A program made the translations under genes and the position numbers. From positions 25,680,663-25,744,662 of the forward strand of contig NC_057719.1 in NCBI RefSeq assembly GCF_004010195.1: a DNA stretch of 64,000 bases, given 5' to 3'. This document shows, one piece after another, positions 37,659 through 50,542 of this stretch. Under the pieces are notes generated by a model. It was not told the DNA's origin. It saw only the letters and a list, made by a program, of their open reading frames with translations, and did not search any database. The DNA comes from Chiloscyllium plagiosum (taxonomy: Eukaryota). Each line of letters starts with the position of its first letter. Position 1 is the first letter of the stretch.

Positions 37659-40334
37659 TCATCTGAGAGAGCCATAGGGCTATTCTCTCATTGATTTGTA
37701 AGTTTAAATTGAGGGTTACTATGCCTCAGGCAAGGGCTAAAGTTGAGAAGGTTGGTCCTTCAGGGTGACCTTAGCCAGTCCAGGATGCTGGTATCACTCT
37801 TCTTGAACCAGCCTGCCAGCCAGCCAACTGAACTAAACTGGCATCATTGGTCTTAACAGCAGATTTACAATGTAATTCTGGCTTGTGTTCGGTGGCTGCA
37901 AGTTTGTATTGCAGCAAGGTTGAAGTGTGCTTGTATGCTGTCTGACTGAAACTTTGCAAAGCATTAGGAATCAAAGTCATACCTGTGTGGTTAATAAGAT
38001 TTATGTAAATCATAATGCCATAATTGATCATATAACTCTGATGCCTGTAAGAGAGAAGGCCCAATTTGAGAGTGAGCATGTAAAGAAATAGGTCTTAGAC
38101 AAGAGAGATATATTTGATAAACTATTATGTACAGAAGGAAATATTAGGAGTGTTACAGTACAAAAAGAGTTAAGAACCTTTGTGATCAGGAGCAAGCAGC
38201 CTCAGAATCAGGTACGTGCTTGCACCAACAGCCCAGAGATGCTTTGGACCAGTATTTCAATGTGCAGTTAGCAGTGCTGGCTTAAAGCACAAGATACAAC
38301 AGCTGTAGTCTTCATTGACTGTACTCCTATTCTTGGTGGTGGCTGGGTGGTGACAGGAAGGATATTGAATCTCTCCAACGTCACTTAAATGCAGTGGACA
38401 CCTCTTAAAAGGAATGTGCCCACCCCTTTGATTATAGAAGAACAGCTACATTTGAATGGAGCAGAAAATTTGCCAGAACTGCAGATTTTGCCCATGGTTT
38501 CAGGAATGCTACCTTTGGGTTGCTATCCAGATGTTGCTAAGGATGGGGACAGGAATCCCTTCACATTTTAACTCTGCTGGCAGTGGGAAAAGATGGAACA
38601 GGGAGTGAATGTCAGGAGCTTAGGCTGAAATGCCAGTTCATTGTCAGCAGAATTGTCAAGGTAATAGTGCTCTCTTACCCTATGCATAGCTCCACTACTT
38701 CTAGCCTCACTACTCAATAGATTCCCCTAACTGCTTGCATTCACTCACCCACTAGATGCCTTATTCTCTTTTTTCCCTTTGTTCTATTTGACCCTACTCA
38801 GTCAATGAGCTGAGCAGAGCATGGATTGTTCTGTGCAACATGGACCAAGTGGTCCAATCCATGAATGCAGCAGTGGCCCCCTGAATACTGGAGCCTTGGC
38901 TGACAGTTCTGAAAGCTTCTAGGCCTATCGTCATTGGAGTTGTCTCTGACAATTACTGTGGCAGCTCACATCTGCTACTGAACCATAGACAACTACCATC
39001 TTGGCTCTGGGTGCCAGTATTGACAGGGGTCTGCAAGGAACAGAGGGCACTAATTTATTTCAGACATTTATTCCTTTCAATATGATTACCGTGTGCTTCT
39101 AATGCCATGTGCAAAGTTTGAATCAACATGACAGGCAGGAGAGTGTTCCAGCTAGAAATGAACATGCAATTTCAGACAGCCTTATTACAAACCTAAGAAG
39201 TCAATTAACACCCAAAATGGGCAGTACGTAACCTAACTTTTGGAAAATACATTTATGTTGAGGTAGAGTAGGTTTAAAAGTTCCCAATGTCTCCAATACT
39301 TCAAAATACCTGAATAATTTGTAACTCAGCTTTGACCTCACTCTGGACTTAAATGTTGCAATGCTAACTGAAGTGAAACTGACCCTACTCGAGTAAGTCT
39401 CACATTAGTCTGCTGCAGAATCAGGCCAAACGTTAAGTAGTGTTATAATTGATGGCCATGTCTCTCTATTTTAGTGTCCTCCTAGTCTCAACATTATGTG
39501 AATCAGTTGTTCCCAAAAGAGAGCCCATTCTATTCTATATCTATTATTTTGCTGAACTCACGAAAGCTCAGTCCATGTGAAACTATTTGTCAGCAAATGT
39601 GTTGGCATGTGGTTTACAGATGTCACAGTTTGGCGACTAATTTACAGGATATATGCTGACACAGCCTGGAAAAAGTCAGTTCTCATGCAAGACCATTTCC
39701 CAGGGATGTAGTGAAGAATAAATAGAAAGGAGAAATAAAACTGTTGGTGGCATCAGCGGAACTCACACAGAAAAGAAACTTCTAGTGCGCGTAATCTACA
39801 TTTTGTAAAACACAACTTTCTGAACAATTTGCTTCTGTAAGACCTGCCCCCACATCACTGTGTCGTACTGTGGTTTTCACACTGTTAGAACATCCGTATT
39901 TGTCGTCATGGTAACTCAGCAGTGGTCACTGAGAGCCGAACTAATTATAAGTTTTATTTTTTAAGGAAGTTAACGGAGTTATTTGTTTGCACTTTTGTTC
40001 TGTTTTTTTCAGTGATTTGTCATTTTATATAATAGCTTTTATAATTCTTGACTTGGCAGCAACAGAATCAAGACCAATTAGCTGATAATTCCTATTGCAA
40101 AATGTGAATTACGCCCGCATTGCGATTTTGTTAATAGACTGGAAATACCTCCGAACACATGGAGCTCACTTGGCTGACTGTACTAACCCATTCTTGTGAC
40201 TTGATTCATTATACTACTCTTATCTAGTTGATAGATCATCACAACACTGAAGTATTAACAGTGCTTTTCTTTGGTTGAGATATCCACTCAACTCCTCCCT
40301 CTCTGAACACTTTATTAGATGGAATAATAGCATT

Positions 40335-40665
40335 ATGGGGAGGCAATGACCTAGTGGTATTATCACTAGACTGTTAATCCAAGAGATCCAGGTAATGTTC
40401 TGGGGCCTGAGTTTGAATCCTGCCATAGGAAATGATGGGATTTGAATTCACTAAAACGAAAATCTGGAATTACACCTCTAATGAGGACCACTGTCAGGTA
40501 AAACCCATCTGGTTCATGAATGGCCTTGAGAGAAGGAAACTCCATGCGGTCTCGTCTGGCCTACATGTGACTCCAGACCCACAGCAATGTAGTTGACTCC
40601 TAACTGTCAATGGGCATTTAGGGATGGGCTGGCCTAGTCAGCGATGCCCACAATGTTTAAAAAAA
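40335..40665 (+). mobile_element. tRNA-derived SINE with tail shared with the second LINE family
   Basis: A-box-like tgacctagtgg and B-box-like gagtttgaatcc. 3' end agcgatgcccaca plus A-run, as at about 57250-57270. Confidence 0.7.
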
Positions 40666-40943
40666 GAGAAGTTTTTCCAACACCAACATTTATTTAACAA
40701 CCTAACACCACCAAAAAAAAGAGAATGATCCAAACATTACCATTTTGCTATTGGTTAATCATGTTGTGTACATACTGGCTGCAGGAAGAAACAACTTTGA
40801 AAGAAATTTTGGACAATTTTCCAGGTTAGCTGAAGCTTTTTATTTCCAACTTGTGGGAGGAGGAGCCACAAACAGGCAGGGCATTAGGCATGGAGCAACA
40901 GTGTGATACATCAGGATTCAGTTCAGGACCTTCAAGAGTTAGA

Positions 40944-41263
40944 TGGGAGGCACGGTGACTCAGTGGTAAGCACTGCTGCCTCACAGCGCCAGAGACCTAG
41001 GATCAATTCCCGCCTCGGGTGACTGTCAGTGTGGAGTTTGCACATTCTCCCCGTGTCTGCGTGGGTTTCCTTTGGGTGCTCCGGTTTTCTCCCACAGTCC
41101 AAAAATGTGCAGGTTAGGTGAATTGGCCATGCTAAAATGCCCGTAGTGTTAGGTGAAGGGGTAAATGTAGGAGAATGGGTCGAGGTGGTTGCACTTCGGC
41201 GGGTTGGTGTGGACTTGTTGGGCCGAAGGGCCTGTTTCCACAATGTAACTAATCTAAAAAAAG
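40944..41263 (+). mobile_element. HE1/V-SINE
   Basis: tRNA-like head, V-domain gtggagtttgcacattctccccgtgtctgcgtgggtttcc, and CR1-type tail ggccgaagggcctgtttcc. Confidence 0.92.
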
Positions 41264-42259
41264 TAGCAAAGGTTCTCTCTATCAGTAACACGTGCAATAC
41301 AACCATGTCTCTCCTGAACATCCACCGCCTTCCTGCATCTTTAACCAATCCTTTCCCTTTATCACCAAGCACAGGGACACTTTAGGCCACTTCTCATTCC
41401 CATTACATTCAACACTTTATTCCTAATTCAGCAATGGGTGATGTCTCAGAATTAATGCTTTGTGACTGCTGCCAGCAAAATCTGCTGCAGATACCTGTGA
41501 TGATCACACATCAGTTGAACATTGTGGGGTAAGAGCAATCTTTACTGCTGGAACCTAACTGTTTACAATAGAATCAATAAATTCAGTAATGCTAGCGCAC
41601 GTTATGGAAAACTGGAACCAAATAATAAATAAAAGACACATGCTACATCGTGCAGTTCAGTTTGATCTATTTCTGTATATTTGAATGTGATGGGGAACAG
41701 GGCATAAATTCAACAGATTATTGATGTGTAACCACAACTCCAATGCCAACATCAAGCAACATACAGATGTGGTGTGAAATCTGGAACCGTGGATTAGCAC
41801 ATGGTTGTGTTTCATGCCAGCACTATCGAGGAAAATGTTCCAAATCCTCTCATCCCTGCACTTAGCCAAGGCCCCTCACATCAAGTCGAGCTATTTTCAT
41901 ACTATCTTACTTTCTGCCTCTTGACTCAGCTGAAATTGAAATAATTCCACAGGGGCCATTTCCCAGGGGCACTCCACGGATAGAAAAATATCTATGCCCA
42001 CTGGGGCTTTAATTGCCAATTCCATCGTGGAGGCAGCAATTCTGAATCAGCTGCCCCACAATTTTCCTGGACCCCTGCCAACATCCCTGCCCCCATGGAG
42101 CTGGAAAGATCCATCACACAGATTCTGTATTAATTAGTATCACCAAAAATTGGCACACTTGTTGCTGAGATGCAGCATGTGCTTGGGAAATTGGAGGGGA
42201 TTCAAGGACATGTCCTTTTCCTGATGGAAAAAATGTAGATGGAGAAGTTATTGCAACTG

Positions 42260-42780
42260 ATTCTCTGGTTATGATTCCATACATACAAATGGACCAAGTG
42301 AGAGCACATTCACCCAGTTGGACAACAGTGAACAGGTATTGTAGGAGGATGTTGTAGTTAACTGTGACAAAAAATGTAGTGAGTTAGTGAAGAATGTGGA
42401 AAGACAATTAACTTTGTCTTTGGTGCATAGGATTCCATTCATGACTTTGATAAGAGCTGTTTTTATTTTGAGGCAGATAATAAAATCTGGAGAGATACAA
42501 ACCAGAAAGATGGGCACTGATATGGTAGCTAAGAAAACTTCTGAGGATTTGGAGAGAAAAGGGAGTTTGGAGTTGGGTGGTATTTGCAAAGACAATGGCA
42601 TCATGGAAATGTTTTGGAGAAGGTGATGACAATCTCAAATGTGAAGGATAGAGGGACAGTGCCTACGCAGGGAGGATCATCATTAATATTGGTTAACAAT
42701 ATTGGTGAAATGGAGAGGATGTTGGGTGGAAGTCAGCAATTTATTGTGAATAGAGTCACAGGAATGGGAAACTAGAGCAA
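42260..42780 (-). mobile_element. L2 LINE RT fragment
   Basis: KTALIKVMNGIL resembles the L2 TETALxKVxNDIL motif. Decayed. Confidence 0.6.
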
Positions 42781-42947
42781 GAACAAGAATATAATAAATA
42801 AGAACAATGGGAGAACACATGGGCCCCAAAGCCACCTATACCATTTAATATAATCATCACCCCTTTTGGGCTTTGACTGTCCTGACTACTCTGCATATCA
42901 CTTGATTCACTAAGCGACCAAAACTCCATCTCTCTCAGTCTTGAATA

Positions 42948-43135
42948 TAAAGTAAGATGCCATAGGCCCAGAGGGCTGTTCTCTCATTAGAGAGAGATGA
43001 CTGGTGGTGAGTTTAGTCTAAGGGTCATCACACCTCAGGTGAAGGGCAAGATTGAGAAGGCAGGACCTCCACTATTGTAGGAAGTATACCATGGCACCGC
43101 TCTGCATTTTAAATCAGTCAATTCAGTGAACCTAT
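42948..43135 (-). mobile_element. Short interspersed repeat, also at about 37670-37835 and 45635-45810
   Basis: Shared ctctcattagagag...agggtcaNcacacctcagg...gttgagaagg. The 45635 copy ends in a reverse tRNA-like head (ggaattgaaccc...caactgagcta). Confidence 0.55.
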
Positions 43136-43350
43136 CCTCCACTGTGTATGGGCAGGAGCAGAGCACCCACAAACCACTAGGGTGGAAATTCCAAAGATTT
43201 GCAATCCTTTGACTGAAGTCATTTCTCCTCATCTCTGTCCTAAATGATTGGTTTCTTATTCTAAAAATGTGCCTCCATTGTTTTAGATTCCCTGGTCAGA
43301 ATAAACAATTCCCCACAATCTACACAACCAAATATCTTCAAAATCTTATA

Positions 43351-43697
43351 CAGGTAGACAACCCTTTATCCAAAATCCCAAAATCTGAAAAGCTCCGAAA
43401 TCCGTGGGACTTTTCGTGAAGTTTTTTTCTCATCAGCAATGCTGTTTGGCATGCAAACAGTTAGCCCAACTCCATACCCACTCGATGCGTGTCACTCCGA
43501 TGCGACGTGTGGATCCATGGCCCAGCACTGGCAGGCCTCAATCCTGTGTTAGGGCCTGTAGTACTCACAGTGCATCTGCTGGTGGTAAGATTTTTAAAAA
43601 TTTCCCCATTAAGTGACACTTATTCTGAAATTTGAAAAATTCTGAATTCCGAAAACCAGTTACTCCCGAGCATTTTGGATAAAGAATTGTGCACCTG
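43351..43697. mobile_element. Tc1/mariner pogo/Tigger-type MITE
   Basis: TA|CAGGTAGACAACCCTTTATCCAAAAT...ATTTTGGATAAAGAATTGTGCACCTG|TA: imperfect 26-bp TIRs and a TA TSD. Subterminal (AAATCYG)n resembles Tigger4/MER46 as recalled. Confidence 0.8.
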
Positions 43698-43754
43698 TAC
43701 TTTTTTAATAATCACTTCTCATTCCTCGAAACTCCAGAGAATATAGATGTAATT

Positions 43755-44063
43755 TAGATAAGATTACTTACCGTGTGGAAACAGGCCCTTCGGCCCATGA
43801 AGTCCACACCAACACGCAACCCACCCAGACCTATTCCCCTACATTTACCCTTCGCCTAACACTACGGGCAATTTAGCATGGCCAATTCACCTAACTTGCA
43901 CGTTTTTGGACTGTGGAAGGAAACTGGAGCACCCGGAGGAAACCCACGCAGACACGGGGAGAATGTGTGAACTCCACACAGTCAGTCGCCTGAGGTGGGA
44001 ATTGAACCCAGAATCCCACTGCTGTGAGGCAGCAGTGCTAACCACTGTGCCACCGTGCCACCC
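43755..44063 (-). mobile_element. HE1/V-SINE nested in an old CR1 3' fragment
   Basis: Head, V-domain and tail all present in reverse complement. Confidence 0.92.
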
Positions 44064-44139
44064 ATAGGACTCTCATAGGACAGCCCTGTCATTCCAGGGA
44101 CCAAGTTAGTGAACCTTTCCTGTACTGTTTCCAATGCAA

Positions 44140-44625
44140 GAGGAATGTTGTGAAACTTTAAAGGATTCAGAAAAGATTTAGAAGGATGTTGCCAGGTTTG
44201 GAGGATTTGAGCTACATGGAGAAGCTGAATAGGCTGGGGCTGTTTTCCATGGGGCATTAGAGGCTGAGAAAATCATGAGGGGGATGGATGTGGTAAATCG
44301 ATGAGGTATTTTCCCTGGAGTGGGGGATTCCAGATCTAGAGGGCATAGGTTTAGGGTGAGAGGGGAAAAATTTAAAAGGGACCCAAGTGGCAACTTTTTC
44401 ACACAGAGCATGGTGCTCGTATGGAATGAATTACCAGAGGAAGTGGTGCAGGCTTGTACAATTACAACATTTAAAAGGTATCTAGATGGGTATATGAATA
44501 GGAAGGGTTTGGAGGGATATGGGCCTAGTGATGGCAAATGAGACTAGATTAAGTTAGGATAACTGGTCGGCATGGATGAGTTGGACCGAAGTGTCTGTTT
44601 CTGTGCTGTACTTCTCTGACTCTAT
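44140..44625 (+). mobile_element. CR1 3' fragment
   Basis: SRSRGHRFRVRGEKF...FFTQSMVLVWNELPEEVV plus tail. Confidence 0.88.
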
Positions 44626-45829
44626 GCAAGACAAGCTCAGAGAGGGCATGATGGCAGACTGGACAGGAACTAAGGCAGATCAGAGTTCAGGACAACGGCA
44701 GAGGGAAGACTTACAGGAGGCGTGGCATAGTGGAAGTGAGAAAACAGCAAAGGCCACTGAGCAGTTAGTCTCAAACAGGCCTAACCACAACTCCAGGCCC
44801 CACCCTGCCTCCTGGTTACAGACATCCCTTCCATCTCTTGCCATGGGTTGCCCCACTTGCCTCATAACCTGGCCTCCAATGCCAATTCCTGGGGCCAGGC
44901 AATTCTTGGAAGTGGAACATCCTCCCAAATGGGGACAACCTTAGTCAATTAATTCTTCGACAACCATCAAATACAATCATGGCTTCCTGACCTGGTGGAG
45001 ACAAGCTCAGCCCTGAATTATCAGCCATTGGGACCAGTGTCGCTGCAGAAAAGCTATGGCCACCAGTTCAAATCCCATAATGGTAGCTAAGGAAGCTACC
45101 ATATGTACCTAAGAAATGGTTTATCACTATGAAAGTCAACTTCTGGCTTTTGGCTAAATATCTTTAATGTTTTGTACACCATAGTTTAGGGCAAAGAGCT
45201 ATCTGTATGATATTTAAAATGGCATGACCCTTCCCTTTCCTACCCTTACCCTGACCCATGGGCTGCCCTGAAACTGCAAGCCCAGTCAATGCCACCTGTT
45301 GTCCTGTGGGGGTTAGGAGAGACTTGTGTTTCAGAAATTGGACTTTTGCGCAAGTAAATATAGTAAGTTCAATTTTAAACTTTGAATAAAAATCTCGTAG
45401 TCATGAAAGTACTGGATGTTCGTAAAAACCCATCTGGTTGCCTATTCTGCTTTGCAGAACGAAATCTGGTATTCTTACTCATTCTGGCCTCTGTGCGACT
45501 CTAGACCCACAGTCATGTCACAGACTTTTAACTTCCCTCTTAAATAGATTACTTAACCAGTTACATCAAAACTCTGTGGAAAGATGAAGTGGGAGTAAAA
45601 CTGGATCAACCAGCTAGCAAGGGTAAAGTTACCAGAGTCTTATTAGAGAATGATGACTAGTAATTTAGCCTAAGTGTCACCATGTCTCAGGCAAGATGTT
45701 ACGAATGAGAATCTGTCATGCTAACCTCCAATAGACATAGGAATTGAACCCCTGCTGTTGGCTTCACTCAGTGTTAGAACCTGTGCTATCCAGCCAACTG
45801 AGCTAAACCAACACCTTTCCAGCTTGTAT

Positions 45830-46665
45830 CAGCACAGGCAATGTTGAAGACACACTCTCCCTAGTTAACCCCACAAAGGCTTATTCACCAACTTCTTGGG
45901 ACTTGTGCCAAATTTGGAACTGCTCCCTAGATGAGTCATGCAGCAACAACCTGGCACTTTCATGAATCGTTCCTTACAGCCAATGTCCCAGGCTAATCCA
46001 TATGGGATAAATCACACATTAACATTTCAGTCATGACAGAATTTCCCCACTATCAACATCCTGGGAGTTAAAATTGACTAGTAACTTAACTAGTCCAGTC
46101 ACAGGTCAAGAGACTAAGTCACCAGTAGTGAGTAACTCACCTCCTGAATCTTAAATTCTATCCAACACCTACAAGGCACAAGTCAGGAATGTGATGGGAT
46201 ATTCTACATTAGCCTGTATGAATACAGCTGCAATAAATTCAAAAAAGCCTGACATCTACCTAAGACAAAACAGCCTACTTGATCAGCAGTCAAACCTTAA
46301 GCATTAATTTCTTCCACAAGCAACAAACTGTGCATTCAATGTGTATCACCCACAAGATGCATTGCGGAAGCTCACCAAGACTCCATCAACAGCACCTTCC
46401 AAGTCTGTGATCTATATCACATGGAGGGACAAGATCAGCAAGTGCATGGGAACACTAATACTACAAGTTATCCTCCAAGTTACTTCAACTTTGAAATATA
46501 TCACTGTTACTTCATGTCATTATATCATGGTATTCTCTGCCTGACCCGCTGTGGGAATACCTACATAGATGGAACACAGATGTTCAAGGTTTTCTGCCAC
46601 ACATGCAAGGGCAATTAGAGATTGGGAACAATTATTGGTCATTTACTTCATTCCCATATCCCAGG
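45830..46665 (+). mobile_element. Second-family LINE, decayed 3' portion
   Basis: acaaggcacaagtcaggaatgtgatgg and cagcaccttcca are shared with 56785-57290. Confidence 0.6.
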
Positions 46666-47319
46666 AACAAACAAAAAACAAAAAAAAAGCATGACATCAA
46701 TGTTGCTCTCTCTCTACTTCTCCTAAATGTTCTTCTGATGCTGGCTTTCTCATTGAGCAAACAGTCTGCTTTTCAAAGCATGCTCAATGTCAGGCAGGAA
46801 TTCGATAGGAAAATATTTAAAAGACATCCTGTTGTTAAAAGGTACAGGATATTCAGAACATCTGAACTTCTAGGTATCCCATCTGTAATCCCTCTTCTTC
46901 TGGACCTATCACTCCTCAGTGATCATTTTGTTTCCCACTGTTTTAAAAAAAGATTTGGAACTGTGTGGAACTCGTACTGTGTGTGACCTTAGTTAAGAGG
47001 TCAATGAAACCCAGCTTTTGTTACATTGAGGACATGGGGAATCATTGTTAAGCCAACATCTCCTCAGGGCAGCTAGAGTACCAGATGATTAGAAGGTTTC
47101 CCAGTAAAAGCTTGATATTTCATTAAATCAATTGAAATGAACAATGCATTAAATATGGCTTTGTATATTTCCAAATGTGACCTAAATCACCGAGCTTTCT
47201 CAAGCTTTAATTTTTCTACTTCCCAACAATTTCCTCAGGATACCTTAGGTTACTAAGCATTAACCTCAACTGCTGAAAAATCACATACTACTTTGTATGT
47301 TTTGATAATCATAAAGCAA

Positions 47320-47679
47320 CCTATTGTAGATCCCCTATTCCAGTGTGGAAGTAGGCCATTTGGCCCATCGAGTCCACATCGACCCTCTGAAGAACATCCC
47401 ATCCAGACCCACTCCCATACTGTATCACCTTGCCTTTCACATGCTTAGTCCACCTAGCCTGTACATCCCTGGACACTATGGATAATTTAGCACAGCCAGA
47501 CAACCTAACCTGCATGTCTTAGGACTGTGGGAGGAAACTGGAGCACCCTGGAGGAACTCCATGCAGACACAGGGAGAACATGCAAACTCCACATGGACAG
47601 TTGCCCAAGGATGGAATCAAATCTAGGTCCCTGGCACTGTGAGGCAGCAGTGCTCACCACTGTGTCTCCATGCCACCCA
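47320..47679 (-). mobile_element. HE1/V-SINE (older)
   Basis: V-domain and tRNA-like head in reverse complement. Confidence 0.85.
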
Positions 47680-47859
47680 GCTGACTTATTGTAAGTAATG
47701 CAAGAGGATGTCTACCAGTAAGTATAAAACAAGGAACATTAATGTGAAGGTGGAGGTGGGGGGGGGGGGGGGAAGTATATTAAAAAATATTATCATGATA
47801 AGAGATTGATAGAATAGGGAATATTAAATTAATATGGAATTACAATAAAGGAAGGAAGA

Positions 47860-50390
47860 CATAGATTTTATTTCAGAGCTACCTTGCATGTAGTGAATCC
47901 AAATTGTAGGCACAAATTTCCAAGCGGAATTATGATGTTGTGGCAATAGTAGAGAAATGGCTCAATGAAGAACAGGAGTGAGTATTAAAAATTGTTACAT
48001 GGTGTTCACAGAAAATAGGAAAGGAAACAAAAAGGTGCGTGGCAGATTAGTTAAAGAGAAACGTATAGTGCTACAAAAAAAGAGAATGCCCCGGGGGATT
48101 CAAAGACAGAGTGGATTTGGTGACCTACAGACACAATGGGTGTAATTACACCACTCAGGGTGGTCTAGAGAGCACCAGCAGGGATGTAAAACATCATCGA
48201 TTAGTAATAACCAGGACTTAAATTACATTGGAATATATACTCAAAGTGATAGCCAAAAAGGCAGAAGGAAAGTTGTGTTCACAAGAATTTTGGACATTCA
48301 GAAGAATGTTTCTGGTCCAACACAAAAAATAGGCACTGCTAGAACAGCATCTTGGGAATTAGGATAGGACAAACAGAGCAAGTATCAATGGGGAGCATTT
48401 ACGGCACAGTGATCATTGTATTGAGGAAAAAGGTGGAAAAGGACAAAGGATGATGCAGAATAAGAATAATTAAATGGGGGAAGAGCTTACTTCAATGGAG
48501 CAAGAGCAGAGCTGGGCCACATAGACTGGCTCCATAGGTTGGTGGAAAAAGAGTAGAAAATGCAGTTTGTGAAAAAATCTAGCAGCGCACATAAAGGGAA
48601 ATCCTTAAGTTTTCTATAGGCATATTAGATTAGATTACTTACTGTGTGGAAACAGGCCCTTCGGCCAATTTAGCATGGCCAATTCACCTGACCTGCACAT
48701 CTTTGGACTGTGGGAGGAAACCGAAGCACCCGGAGGAAACCCACGCAGACACGGGGAGAACGTGCAAACTCCACACAGTCAGTCGCCTGAGGCGGGAATT
48801 GAACCCGGGTCTCTGGCGCTGTGAGGCAGCAGTGCTAACCACTGTGCCACCGTGCCACCCACATATAAACTGCACAAATCTGGTAATAGGCCAATTAGTG
48901 ACCAAAAAAGAGGATTTAACACAAGGAGATAAGAGTGTTACGGAAGTCTTACATGCCTACTTTGCATTTGTCTTTCTGAAGGAAGGAGATGTTACCCAGG
49001 CCATGATGTCAAAGGAGGAAACACAGTCACAAGAAAGATTTAAAATTGATAAAAAGAAAGTATTGAATAAACTGTCAGTATTTAATTTGAAAAGACAGTG
49101 TAACCAGACGCAATACTTCCAAGGAAGGATATGATAATTTCAATTGAAGGAAGGGAGAGTGGAAAATGCAGAAGCAATGGTAATTTCTTTTCAATCTTCC
49201 TTCGACTTAGGGTAGTTTCAGAGGACTGGAAAAATACAAAGTAACACTTTTGTCCAAAAACACTAAGGATAAGCCCAGCAAATGCAGATCAGACAGTTTA
49301 ACTTATAATGGTGGGGAAACTTCTTGAAACAACTACTCTGGTAACATTAATGGTCAAAATGGAAAAATATGGGTTAATTAGGGAAAGCCAGCATGGAATT
49401 CTAAGGAGAAAATTAAATTTAACTAATTTGTTGGAGTATTTTGAAGAAGTAACAGAGAAACCTGATGAGGGAAGGCTGTTGATGTGTTGGATATGGATTT
49501 CCAAAAGGTATTCAACATATTGCCATACAACAGATATTTAGGAAAGTTATTGGTCATGGAATGAAGGAGACAGTAGCAACAAAGATACAAAATTGGCTGA
49601 GAGATATGAAACAAAGAGTATTGTTTAATAAATATCTTTCAGACTGCAGGAAGGCTTATGGTGGAGTTCCCCAGGAAAAAGACCTTGGTGTGCTGGAGAC
49701 ACAAGTTTACAGATGATACAAAACTCAGAAGCATTGTCAACAATGAGGAAGACAATGTAAACATTTAAAAGGATATTGACAAATTGCTGAAATGGTTGGA
49801 TAGGTGGCAGATGAATTTCGTTACAGACAGTGTGAAATAATGTCAGCTGGAGTATTCTGCACAGTTCTAGGTGCCATATTTTAGTAAAAATGTACATGCT
49901 CTGTAGAGAGTACAGAAGAGATTTACAAAATGGATTCAGGGATGAGAAACTTCAGTTATGATAGATTGGAGAGGTTGCAACTGTTTTCCGTGAAGGAGAA
50001 AAGGTGAAGAGAAGATTTGACAGAAGTTTTCAAAATTATGACGGTCTAGTCAGATTAGATCAGGAGAAACCATTCCCACTCACAAAAGAATTGTGATTGA
50101 GAGGGTGCAAGTATAAGGTAATTTGCAAAAGAAGCAAATGTGACCTGTGAAAATTTTTTTCACAGAGCACGTAGTTAGGGTTCAGAATGCACAGCTTGGA
50201 ATTATGGTGAAGATAGGTTCAACTGAAGTATGCAAGAGGACATTAAACAGTTATTTAAATGGAAAGAACATTCACAGAATTGTGAAAAGGCATCAGAATG
50301 GCACAGAGTCACAATGCTCCTTCAGATGGTCAATGCAGACAAAAAGGCTCAATGGCTTCCTTCTGTACCATAACAATTATGTGTGAACTT
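47860..50390 (+). mobile_element. Old decayed CR1 ORF2 (APE to 3' end)
   Basis: EVLHAYFAFVF, LIRESQHG...LTNLLEYFEEVT and FFTEHVVRV. Confidence 0.8.
48626..48860 (-). mobile_element. Young HE1/V-SINE with internal deletion, nested in CR1
   Basis: CpG-rich, near-consensus head and V-domain. The tail joins directly (cttcggcc|aatttagc). Flanked by CATAT on both sides. Confidence 0.9.
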
Positions 50391-50542
50391 GTATCCTACA
50401 TTGCTATTATGGGAAGTAGATGATGATCCTGGAAGTCAATGCTTCCCAAAAAGGACAAGGAGCATGCAGCATGCAAGATAGCAAATCAATTGCATTTGGA
50501 TCCAATAGTCTATTGCAAACACAATCCTATTCTTTCAACGTA

